Part shown: positions 49,132 to 60,849 of the stretch, piece after piece
Numbering within the stretch: position 1 is the first letter of the stretch
Layout: the number at the start of each line of letters is the position of its first letter
Source: Mobula hypostoma
Lineage: Eukaryota
Assembly (NCBI RefSeq): GCF_963921235.1
Contig: NC_086100.1
Coordinates: 204,044,001 to 204,108,000, forward strand
Reading direction: 5' to 3'
Length of the DNA: 64,000 nucleotides
The notes under the pieces: model-generated
Seen by the model: only the letters and a program-made list of their open reading frames with translations
The model's database searches: none
Told to the model about the DNA's origin: nothing
Position numbers and translations under genes: made by a program

Positions 49132-51589
49132 CGGCACCAACGACATAGACAGGAAGAGGGATGAGGTCCTGAAGTGTGAGTTTCGGGAACTAGGCGGACG
49201 GCTGAAGAACAGGACCTCAAGGGTGACGTTCTCAGGATTGCTGCCAGTGCTACGTGACAGAGATGGTAAGAATTGGAGGAGATGGCAGTTGAATGCGTGG
49301 CTGAGGAGTTGGTGCAGGGAGCAGGGTTTTAGATTTTTAGATCATTGGGATCGCTTCTGGGGAAGGTGGGACCTGTACAGATTGGATGGGTTGCACCTGA
49401 ACTCGAGAGGGAGCAATATCCTTGCAGGGAGGTTTGCTAGCATGGTTCGGGAGGGTTTAAACTAATTTGCGAGGGGGATGGGACCCAGAGCGATAGAGCA
49501 GTGAAAGAAGTGCATGGAGTAAAGCCAGATGTAACAGACAGAGAGGCTTTGAGGAAAGAAAAGCAGAATAAACAGTGTAAAGACAGTAAGGTAGAAGGGC
49601 TGAAATGTGTGTACCTCAATGCAAGAAGCATCAGGGACAAGGGAGAGCTTGGATACATACATGGAATTATGATGTAGTGGCCATTACAGAGAATTGGCTG
49701 GCACCAGAGCAGCAATGGATTCTCAATATTCCTGGATTTCAGTGCTTTAAAAGGGATAGAGAGGGAGGATAAAGGCGGGGAGGGGTGGCATTACTGGTCA
49801 GGGATACTATTACAGCTACAGAAAGGGTAGGTAATGTAGCAGGATCCTCTTTTGAGTCAATATGGGTGGACGTCAGGAACAGGAAGGGAGCAGTTACTCT
49901 ACAGGGGGTAGTCTATAGGCCCCCTGGTAGCAGCAGAGATACAGTGGAGCAGATTGGGAGGCAGATTTTGGAAAGGTGCAAAAATAACAGGGTTGTTATC
50001 ATGGGTGACTTTAACTTCCCTAATATTGATTGGCACCTGATTAGTTCCAAGGGTTTAGATGGGGCAGAATTTGTTAAGTGTGTCCAGGATGAATTCCTGT
50101 CACAGTATGTGCACAGGCCGACCAGGGGGAATGCCATACTAGATCTAGTACTAGGTAATGAACCGGGTCATGTCACAGATCTCTCAGTGGGTGAGCAACT
50201 GGCGAACAGTGCCCACCGCTCCCTGGCCTTTATAATTATCATGGAAAAGGATAGAATCAAAGAGGACAGGAACATTTTTAATTGGGGAAAGGCAAATTAT
50301 GAGCCTATAAGGCTACAACTTGCGCGTGTGAATTGGGATGATGTTTTTTGCAGGGAAATGTACTATGGACATGTGGTCGATGTTTAGAGATCTCTTGCGG
50401 GATGAAAAGGATCAATTTGTCCTGGTGAGGAAGATGAAGAATGGTAGGGTGAAGGAACCATGGTTGACAAGTGAAGTGGAAAATCTACTCAGGAGGAAGA
50501 AGGCAGCATACATGAGGTTTAGGAAGCAAGGATCAGATGGGTCTGTTGAGGAATATAGGGAAGCAAGAAAGGATCTTAAGAAGGGGCTGAGAAGAGCAAG
50601 AAGGGGGCATGAGAAGGCCTTGGCGAGTAGGGTAAAGGAAAACACCAAGGTATTCTTCAATTATGTGAAGCAAAAAAGGATGACAGGACTGAAGGTTGGA
50701 CCGATTAGAGATAAAGGTGGGAAGATGTGCCTGGAGGCTGTGGAAGTGAGCGAGGTCCTCAATGAATACTTCTTTTCGGTATTCACTAATGAAAGGGACC
50801 TTGATGATGGTGAGGACAATATGAGTGAGGTTGATATTCTGGAGCATGCTGATATTAAGGGAGAGGAGGTGTTGGAGTTGTTAAAATACATTAGGACAGA
50901 TAAGTCCCTGGGTCCTGACGGAATATGTCCACAGATCCCTGAAATTTGCCTCACAGGTGGATAGGGTTGTTAAGAAAGCTTATGGGGTGTTAGCTTTCAT
51001 AAGTCGAGGGATAGAGTTTAAGAGTCGCGATGTAATGATGCAGCTCTATAAAGGTCTGGTTAGGCCACACTTGGAGTATTGTGTCCAGTTCTGGTCACCT
51101 TAGTATAGGCAGGATGTGGAAGCATTGGAAAGGGTACAGAGGAGATTTACTAGGATGCTGCCTGGTTTAGAAAGTATGCATTATGATCAGAGATTAAGGG
51201 AGGTAGGGCTTTACTCTTTGGAGAGAAGGAGGATGAGTGGAGACATGATAGAGGTGTATAAGATAATAAGAGGAATAGGTAGAGTGGATAGCCATCGCCT
51301 CTTCTCCAGGGCACCACTGCTCAATACAAGAGGACATGGCTTTAAGGTAAGAGGTGGGAAGTTCAAGGGGGATATTAGAGGAAGGTTTTGTACTCAGAGA
51401 GTGGTTGGTGTGTGGAATGCACTGCCTGAGTCAGTGGAGGAGGCAGATATACTAGTGAAGTTTAAGAGACTACTAGACATGTATATGGAGGAATCTAAGG
51501 TGGGGGCTTATATGGGAGGCAGGGTTTGAGGGTCGGCACAACATTGTGGGCTGAAGGGCCTGTACTGTGCTGTACTATTCTATGTTCTA
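49132..51589 (+). mobile_element. CR1 subfamily B nested in the subfamily C element, with a large internal RT deletion at ~50925
   Basis: Starts in ORF1 esterase (GTNDI...DGLHLN), then EN (YRPP, GDFN), jumps from GPDGI to VHRSLK; subfamily B tail. Confidence 0.92.
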
Positions 51590-52254
51590 TTGAGAAACTC
51601 AGTTACAGAGAAAGTTTGAATAGGTTTGGACTTCATTCCCTGGAGCGTAGAAGAATGAGGGGAGATATGATAGAGTTATATAAATTATGATGGGTATAGA
51701 TAGAATGACTGCAAGCAGGCTTTTTCCACTGAGGCAAGGGGAGAGAAAAAACAGAGGACATGGGTTAAGGGTGAGTGGGGGTGGGGGAAGTTTAAAGGGA
51801 ACATTAGAGGGGGCTTCTTCACAGAGAGTGGTAGGAGTATGGAATGAGCTGGCAGATGAGGTGGTAAATGCGGGTTCTTTTTTAACATTTAAGAATAAAT
51901 TGGGCAGACACTTGGATGGGAGGTGTATGGAGGGATATGGTCCGTGTGCAGGTCAGTGGGACTAGGCAGAAAATGGTTCGGCACAGCCAAGAAGGTCCAA
52001 AAGGCCTGTTTCTGTGCTGTAGTTTCTATAGTTTTTATGGATAGCAAACAACCTGAGTAGCACAATATGCTGGACGGTTGCAGCGAGGATAGGAGATGAA
52101 AATGGAGTTCTTGAAACAGTGTCTAATGTAGATACTACCTGTAGAAAATACCACGGCGGTGGTCTGACAAATAATGTATCTCATACAACCTGTACATTAC
52201 ATCCTGTCTTTTGGAGGCTGGTACTCTAGATATTAATGGTATCATTACATCACG

Positions 52255-52527
52255 ACCCCTCAGAGTACAGGAAGGAGACAGTGAACTTTCTGACATACCG
52301 TCATGACAACAAATTTCCCTCAATGTCAACAAAACAAAAGACCAAACCATTGATCGGGAGACGCGGTGGGCACATGTTCCTTTCTCCAATAGATTATCAA
52401 GCATAACAGAATCCTTCGATTTGACTGTCCCAACATCTACAAAAACCCCTCAGAGTACAGGAAGGAGACAGTGAACTTTCTGAAATACCGTCATGGCAAC
52501 AAATTTCCCTCACTGTCAACAAAACAA
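52255..52527 (+). repeat. Local ~80 bp direct duplication of a Rex1-like RT scrap (52255-52336 and 52446-52527)
   Basis: acccctcagagtacaggaaggagacagtgaactttctga...tgtcaacaaaacaa occurs twice; it translates as SEYRKETVNF..HDN..LNVNKTK. Confidence 0.75.
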
Positions 52528-54078
52528 GTGCTTAAGGAAGTAGCCCAAGAAATAGTGGATGCATTAGTGATAATTTTTCAAAACTCGTTAGATTCTGGAC
52601 TAGTTCCTGAGGATTGGAGGGTGGCTAATGTAACCCCACTTTTTAAAAAAGGAGGGAGAGAGAAACCGGGGAATTATAGACCGGTTAGCCTAACGTCGGT
52701 GGTGGGGAAACTGCTGGAGTCAGTTATCAAGGATGTGATAACAGCACATTTGGAAAGCGGTGAAATGATCGGACAAAGTCAACATGGATTTGTGAAAGGA
52801 AAATCATGTCTGATGAATCTCATAGAATTTTTTGAGGATGTAACTAGTAGAGTGGATAGGGGAGAACCAGTGGATGTGGTATATTTGGATTTTCAAAAGG
52901 CTTTTGACAAGGTCCCACACAGGAGATTAGTGTGCAAACTTAAAGCACACGGTATTGGGGGTAAGGTATTGGTGTGGGTGGAGAATTGGTTAGCAGACAG
53001 GAAGCAAAGAGTGGGAATAAACGGGACCTTTTCAGAATGGCAGGCGGTGACTAGTGGGGTACCGCAAGGCTCAGTGCTGGGACCCCAGTTGTTTACAATA
53101 TATATTAATGACTTGGATGAGGGAATTAAATGCAGCATCTCCAAGTTTGCGGATGACACGAAGCTGGGTGGCAGTGTTAGCAGTGAGGAGGATGCTAAGA
53201 GGATGCAGAGTGACTTGGATAGGTTGGGTGAGTGGGCAAACTCATGGCAGATGCAATTTAATGTGGATAAATGTGAAGTTATCCACTTTGGTGGAAAAAA
53301 TAGGAAAACAGATTATTATCTGAATGGTGGCCGATTAGGAAAAGGGGAGGTGCAACGAGACCTGGGTGTCATTATACACCAGTCATTGAAAGTGGGCATG
53401 CAGGTACAGCAGGCGGTGAAAAAGGCGAATGGTATGCTGGCATTTATAGCGAGAGGATTCGAGTACAGGAGCAGGGAGGTACTACTGCAGTTGTACAAGG
53501 CCTTGGTGAGAGCACACCTGGAGTATTGTGTGCAGTTTTGGTCCCCTAATCTGAGGAAAGACATCTTTGCCATAGAGGGAGTACAAAGAAGGTTCACCAG
53601 ATTGATTCCTGGGATGGCAGGACTTTCATATGAAGAAAGACTGCATGAACTGGGCTTGTACTTGTTGGAATTTAGAAGATTGAGGGGGGATCTGATTGAA
53701 ACGTATAAGATCCTAAAGGGATTGCACAGGCTAGATGCAGGAAGATTGTTCCCGATGTTGGGGAAGTCCAGAACGAGGGGTCACAGTTTGAGGATAGAGG
53801 GGAAGCCTTTTAGGACCGAGATTAGGAAAAACTTCTTCACACAGAGAGTGGTGAATCTGTGGAATTCTCTGCCACAGGAAACAGTTGAGGCCAGTTCATT
53901 GGCTATGTTTAAGAGGGAGTTAGATATGGCCCTTGTGGCTACAGGGGTCAGGGGGTATGGAGGGAAGGCTGGGGCAGGGTTCTGAGTTGGATGATCAGCC
54001 ATGATCATAATAAATGGCGGTGCAGGCTCGAAGGGCCGAATGGCCTACTCCTGCACCTATTTTCTATGTTTCTATGTT
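52528..54078 (+). mobile_element. CR1 subfamily A, very young, 5'-truncated, uninterrupted RT frame
   Basis: ORF to 53985 with an intact FADD and complete C-terminus; tail TTTCTATG. Confidence 0.96.
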
Positions 54079-54880
54079 TAAGACCATTGCTGAAAACAAG
54101 GTGGGGTTACCGACAAAGACAGTGGGACATACTGCATAATCCACCTAACCCATATTCGGAGCCTGATAAAAGCCCAAAGCTAAAAACTCTCTGCTTGTGA
54201 TGTTTTCAATGTCCCGCAACGCAAAGATGATAATTTCTTTCACAAAAAGAGAAAACCAGCAGATGCTGGAAATCCAATTATTTCTTTCCCGCCTGCCGTA
54301 AATGAATCCGGTGGGCCACATACAATTCAACCTCCGCAAATGTAAGGGTATTTGTTTCATTTTAACCAGTAAATCTGAAACAGGGACGACCTTGCTGCAC
54401 TACAAAAAAAAACTTTAAGCCTGTGTTGTATCACTTCCAAACATTTTAAATCTGAATATGTAGCTGATCGATAAGTCATGCAGACATAATCAAGAACTGG
54501 TCTAATTAAATAAACATAAATGTCCAACAAAGATTTTCGTGTCAGCACCAACCCGACGAATGCCTACATTGACAGCTAAGCATACTTAATGCTCCCTTTA
54601 ATTCCTTTTCACACATGGTGCTACCATGTCAGTTTATTATGCAGTCACACACTGAGAAATCTTAACGCTGACAGTCCTTCAAGCATTTGATCGTATAATG
54701 TCAAACCACGGGTAGGTCTATTAGTCCTATTTGCACAACGCCTAACAATTCCTTTAGCTGCTAAAAGATCAAATCCTCATCTATTTGTCCACAGTTCAAC
54801 CTTATTAATTGCTAATTACACCCTCTATACAGAAAAAAAACGATATTTCCACCTCTTATCGATAAAGCGCCATCATCTGC

Positions 54881-55560
54881 AGAGAGAGAAGATGGCGGCG
54901 CGACGCAGCGCGCGCAACCTCACCAGTGAAATGATGTCGTATTTGTTAAATAGGTGCCGTGCACAATCCTGATTTGACAGAGACGGACGTGAGAAATACA
55001 GAGGAACATCTGGAGAAATTTCTGAAATGCCTGGTTCGCTGCCGCTGCTATTGTGCGATCGAGAATCTCCGGAAGGAAGGCTCCAAATCCTCGGCTTTGC
55101 CAGTTGCAGGCGGCCAAGGTTGACGTCGAAGTGGATATGTTGTTCGGTCCTCGGTCTCGAAGGGCTGGTCGGAGGATCGAAGTTTTCGAACAGACTGAGA
55201 GTCGGACTGTGGTCTCGTGCTTCCAGGATGCTGCATCGGCAAGTTTGCGGAGCTGGAAGCTCATGACAGGGAGAGTTTTCTTCCTTCTACCGTCTGCCTG
55301 AGATGTTGGGACTATCGAGAGACTTTGAGATTATTTTTACCGTGCCCATGGTCTGTTCTTCAATCAAATTACGGTATTGTTTGCACTGTTGTAACTATAT
55401 GTTATAATTATGTGCTTTTTTGTCAGTTTTTCAGTCTTGGTCTGGCTTGTGTTTCTGTGATATCACACTGGAGGAGCATTGTATCATTTCTTAATGCATG
55501 CATTACTAAATGACAATAAAAGAGGACTGCGTGTCCTCATAATCTAACCCAATCTAATCT
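54881..55560 (+). mobile_element. Non-autonomous retroposon with Rex1-like ends, copy 2
   Basis: 5' AAGATGGCGGCG, 3' stem-loop GAGGAC-TGCGT-GTCCTC and (TAATC)n; TSD ATCTGC at 54875-54880 and 55557-55562. Confidence 0.8.
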
Positions 55561-56203
55561 GCCTATAGTGATTTACACACCCGAGTAGCTATCTGAGAGA
55601 AATACCATTAATCATAATGTGAAATAATAAAGGGCTAAAAGTACTACCTTGTGGGGTCCCATTCCTTTCCCAATGGAAACGGAATAGATCGTGCTCACCC
55701 TTACCTGCATACACAGTACAATCAAACGAAAACACAGAAAAATAATAATTAAATCTTCCGTCTTCCTTATTTCCGTAATTTAATGAAAGGTTCTTTCTTC
55801 CATAACGTATCATAACCCTGTCCAACATCAAAAAATTGCTGCTATTACAACATATTTCTTTAACTGTTCTTTCCCAACGTGTTCTGAATCAAATATCATT
55901 CTACGTTTCCGAAATTCCGTACGTTACCGTATGTTCGATAAACTTAGAGAAAGGAGGGAGACCTTACCGAAAATGGCATATGACTAGAGAGGAGTTACCA
56001 CGTGCTAGATTACGCACAACCGATGCCATTTTCCATGAGGAAGGAAGATGGGCCAACTTTCAAATAACAATTCAAAAATTTTAATATTATCTCTGGAAAG
56101 TTTTCAGTCATATGTCGAATCATACATTAAAATATAACATACTTTCTGTGAGACATCTGACCTGCATTAATAATAGCTTTATTATTGCACACAAAGATAA
56201 CTC

Positions 56204-59200
56204 TGTCATGGTCCGGTTCACGGTCTGGTCCGTGGACTCAGGACACCGGGTCTTCCAGCTGACCCTTGTTTGAGTTAATCATAGGCACCTGATTCTCGTC
56301 TTTGGGCTTGCAATATAAGTAGCCTTGGGGTTGATTGTGGGCTGCTGGTTTGTCTTGTCAGTCCCCCTTGGAGCAACCTGCTGATGGAAGACTAGTGAAA
56401 CCATTTGTGATCTCTAGGCCTGGTTGGAGGATCACTGCTTCATGGAGCCTTGTTGCCACTTGTTGGAGTATTCTTTGCGGTATGGATTCGGCTGTTTCCC
56501 GGGCCAGCTGAGTGGCTACCAGCCACTCCGAGCTAGGTAGGGATCTGGCTGTTTCCGTGACTTGGAGCTACCCCGGAGCAGAGATGGAAATGTCTGTTCT
56601 TTGGTGTTTGTCTCTTCTTGTCCTCGTTTCCGTAGGGTAAATCAGGCCGTCTTGCCGTTGCCCTGCGGGTCATGTATTGTCTTGTCTTCTCCTCGCCTCT
56701 GTGGGGTAAGTCAGACCGTCTTGCCGTTGCCCTGCGGGGGGACATGTCTTGTCTTGTCTTTGCCTCTGTTGGGTAAGTCTGACTGTCCTGCCGTTATCCA
56801 ACACATGGACCTGTCCCACCTTGGTATGCAGAAGCTGAGCCCGGCTTGTCTTAAGGTAAGTCCCGGCTCTATGTCTATGTTCTGTCCTGTCTCATGTTAG
56901 TGCCGTGTTAAAGATGAGTCCTGACTTGTCGAACATAGAACACACAACAGTACAGCACAGTACAGGCCCTTCAGCCCACAATGCTGTGCCAACCCTCAAA
57001 CCCTGCATCCCATATAAGACCCACCTTAGATTCCTCCATATACCCGTCTAGTAGTCTCTTAAACTTCACTAGTGTATCTGTCTCCACCACTGACTCAGGC
57101 AGTGCATTCCACGCACCAACCACTCTGTGAGCAAAAAACCTTCCTCTAATATCCCCCTTGAACTTCCCACCCCTTACCTTAAAGCCATGTCCTCTTGTAT
57201 AGAGCACTGGTGCCCTGGGGAAGAGGCGCTGGGTATCCACTCTATCTATTCCTCTTATTATCTTGTACACCTCTATCATGTCTCCTCTCATCCCCCTTCT
57301 CTCCAAAGAGTAAAGCCCTAGCTCCCTTAATCTCTGATCATAATGCATACTTTCTAAACCAGGCAGCATCCTGGTAAATCTCCTCTGTACCCTTTCCAAT
57401 GCTTCCACATCCTTCCTATAGTGAGGTGACCAGAACTGGACACAATACTCCAAGTGTGGCCTAACCAGAGTTTTATAGAACTGCATCATTGCATCGCGAC
57501 TCTTAAACACTATTCCTCGACTTATGAAAGCTAACACCCCATAAGCTTTCTTAACTAGCCTATCCACCTGTGAGGCAACTTTCAGGGATCTGTGCACATG
57601 GACCCCGAGATCCCTCTGCTCCTCCACACTACCAAGTATCCTGCCATTTACTTTGTACTCTGCCTTGGAATTTGTCCTTCCAAAGTGTACCACCTCACAC
57701 TTCTCCGGGTTGAACTCCATCTGCCACTTTCAGCCCACTTCTGAATCCTATCAATGTCTCTCTGCAATCTTTTACAATCCTCTACACTATCTACAACACC
57801 ACCAACCTTTGTGTCGTCTGCAAACTTGCCAACCAACCCTTCTACCCCCACATCCAGGTCGTTAAAAAGAATCACGAAAAGTAGAGGTCCCAGAACAGAT
57901 CCTTGTGGGACATCACTAGTCACAATCCTCCAATCTGAATGTACTCCCTCCACCACCACCCTCTGCCTTCTGCAGGCAAGCCAATTCTGAATCCACCTGG
58001 CCAAACTTCCCTGGATCCCAGCCTTCTAACTTTCTGAATAAGCCTACCGTGTGGAACCTTGTCAAATGCCTTACTAAAATCCATATAGATCACATCCACT
58101 GCACTACCCTCATCTATATGCCTGGTCACCTCCTCAAAGAACTCTATCAGGCTTGTTAGACACGATCTGCCCTTCACAATGCCATGCTGACTGTCCCTGA
58201 TCAGACCATGATTCTCTAAATGCCTATAGATCCTATCTCTAAGAATCTTTTCCAACAGCTTTCTCACCACAGACGTAAGGCTCACTGGTCTATAATTACC
58301 TGGACTATCCCTACTACCTTTTTTGAACAAGTGAACAACATTCGCCTCCCTCCAATACTCCGGTACCATTCCAGTGGACAACGCGGACATAAAGATCCTA
58401 GCCTGAGGCTCAGCAATCTCTTCTCTCGCCTCATGGAGCAGCCTGGGGAATATTACGTCAGGCCCCGGGGACTTATCTGTCCTAATGTATTTTAACAACT
58501 CCAACACCTCCTCTCCCTTAATATCAGCATGCTCCAGAACATCAACCTCACTCATATTGTCCTCACCATCATCAAGTTCCCTCTTATTAGTGAATACCGA
58601 AGAGAAGTATTCATTGAGGACCTCACTCACTTCCACAGCCTCCAGGCACATCTTCCCACTTTTATCTCTAATCGGTCCTACCTTCACTCCTGTCATCCTT
58701 TTGTTTTTCACATAATTGAAGAATGCCTTGGGGTTTTCCTTGACCCTACACGCCAAGGCCTTCTCATGTCCCCTTCTTGCTCTTCTCAGCCCCTTCTTAA
58801 GCTCCTTTCTTGCTTTCCTATATTCCTCAATAGACCCATCTGATCCTTGCTTCCTAAACCTCATGTATGCTGCCTTCTTCCTCCTGACTAAATTTTCCAC
58901 CTCACTTGTCACCCATGGTTCCTTCACCCTACCATTCTTTATCTTCCTCACCGGGACAAATTTATCTCTCAATATTGACCACATTTCCATAGTATATTTC
59001 CCTGCAAAAACATCATCCCAATTCACACCCGCAAGTTCTAGCCTTTTAGCCTTATAATTTGCCTTTCCCCCATTAAAAATTTTCCTGTTCTCTTTGATTC
59101 TATCCTTTTCCATGATAATTATAAAGTCCAGGGAGCGGTGGTCACTGTCCCCCAGATGCTCACCCACTGAGAGATCTGTGACCTGACCCGGTTCATTACC

Positions 59201-59818
59201 TAGTACTAGATCTAGTATGGCATTCCCCTGGTCGGCCTGTGCACATACTGTCCACAAAAGTCCCGGCTCTGTGTTGATGTTTGGTTCCAAGTCTTCACTG
59301 AGCTCCAAGAAACCCAGCCTCGAGTATCCCGCAGCCAAGCTCAAAGAACCCCAAGCCTCGAGGATCCGAAGCCAAGCTCAAGACCCAAGACCTCAGCCTC
59401 AAGCCATGTCATGTCCTCGCCTGGTTCTGTGGTCCGAGCCCGAGACAAGACCCAGGTTCTGGGTCCTTGTCCAGTCTCGGGCTCGGAGTCCGAGCCTTGT
59501 CTTGTCTCCAAGCTCAGGCCCCTAGACGCCAGCCACGTCCAGTCCTGAAGCCATGTCATGTCCTTGCCTGGTTCCGGGGTCCGAGCCCGAAGCAAGACCC
59601 AGGTTCTGGGTCCTTGTCCAGTCTCGGGCTCGCAGTCCAAGCCTTGTTTCCTAGTCTATGGTTCCTACTCCTGGTCCCGCTTTCCCTAGCCAACTCGGCA
59701 TTCTTGTCCCTGTTCTTTGCCTGAATCTTGTCACGTCGCTCCTCTAGTCAAGTCCTGTTCCTTGTACTTCAGTGTCTGTGTCTTGCATTTGGGTTCGTTC
59801 CTAGCACCCCTCGTGACA
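56204..59818 (+). mobile_element. Long solo LTR (~1.3 kb net), split by a CR1
   Basis: TGTCATG...CGTGACA termini; 5-bp TSD AACTC at 56199-56203 and 59819-59823; internal tandem repeats at ~56635-56795 and ~59400-59650. Confidence 0.88.
56931..59250 (-). mobile_element. CR1 subfamily B nested in the solo LTR
   Basis: ORFs 57920-59344, 57648-58004 and 56971-57720 (two frameshifts). Confidence 0.95.
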
Positions 59819-60849
59819 AACTCTACATCCATCATTCTATGAATGCTACAGTTGAACTCCAGCAGATCATGTTATTTAATCAGAACCTTATCCCTACATT
59901 GTTTAATCTCTTCACAAATTATCTTGGTTATCAATCGCACAGTCAATTAATACTGGAATATCATTATCCCTACGATTACTTCCTCCATTTTCTTAAGCAT
60001 TTCTCAAATATCGCCAATTTTAATCTCTCTTCCAGTATTGTTGCATGATTTCCACGAAACCTTTTCGCAATTTTCACCACTGTCTATGCCCTTATATACT
60101 TAATAGAATCAGTCGGAGACTGTTACCTCTTAACTTTCCTAAACGCCTTTTCCCTCCTTAATTCCCTCTGCACGCCCCTCATTCCACCACAGTAGAATCC
60201 ATAGGAGGGATGGGCTGTCAGTGGTTACTTCATTAACCCTGTACCCTGTTGGCGGAGGCCTTCGGCACCTCTGTCGCATTCACCACCTCTCCTACTTCCT
60301 TAATCAGCTCGTCAGACGAGACATTTGGAGATCACAAGCAATCAAGTCCTGTGACTCTCTGCCTTTCTCCAATTGGTCCATTCTTAACTGATTTACCTCA
60401 GCCGTTCGAATGGACCTCTACGCCGCAAGCAACTTAGTTGCCACTATAGCCGAAAAAATATGTAGGCGAGAGGTTTCTCCCCCTTCTCCCGAATAAGCTT
60501 CGAATACCAGTCATAAGCTCCACTGGGCTTTCCGTTGCGCCAAGAAGCAGTTTTTAACGTTTGCATGTAGCCCGCGAAAGTAACAGGAGAATTTTGTGTC
60601 TTTAAGACCTTACTACGTCAGCAGTCTGTCCTCTCAGACTCTCTACCAGTCGTTGTCTTTTCACTCATCCACCACTTGATAATTCTTTGACATTTATTTG
60701 CCCATATCCCTAAACTATCTAAGTCCCTCTGCAGTCTCTCTGTTTTCTCAACATTACCCGTTCCTCCACCTATATTTTTAATTGTTGCGTGCATTCCAAT
60801 ATAATACTCCCAGTACAATTTTTTTTCTGGTTATTCCATATTCAAGAGC

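Larger units (their letters stand above)
45227..52040 (+). mobile_element. Near full-length CR1 (subfamily C): duplicated 5' UTR, ORF1, ORF2, 3' tail; interrupted at 49132-51589
   Basis: ORF2 breaks at RRFTRMFP (49132) and resumes LEKLSYRE at 51590; 3' UTR ends ...gtttctgtgctgtagtttctat. Confidence 0.93.
54330..60600 (-). mobile_element. Decayed I-clade (Nimb-like) LINE fragmented by later insertions
   Basis: Minus strand in order: LWWNE (~60190), GTPQGSTFSPLLFHIMIN (~55650), KSL*ADDGAL across the 54881-55560 insert, LLDIYVYLIRPVLDY (~54520). Confidence 0.72.

Noticed and set aside
52471..53985. 504-aa ORF as a host or domesticated RT gene
   Set aside because: A chance in-frame extension of a 5'-truncated CR1 into flanking Rex1-like DNA, with a non-ATG start and no endonuclease.
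57920..59344. 474-aa ORF starting in the LTR
   Set aside because: Read-through from LTR sequence into a frameshifted CR1 ORF2.
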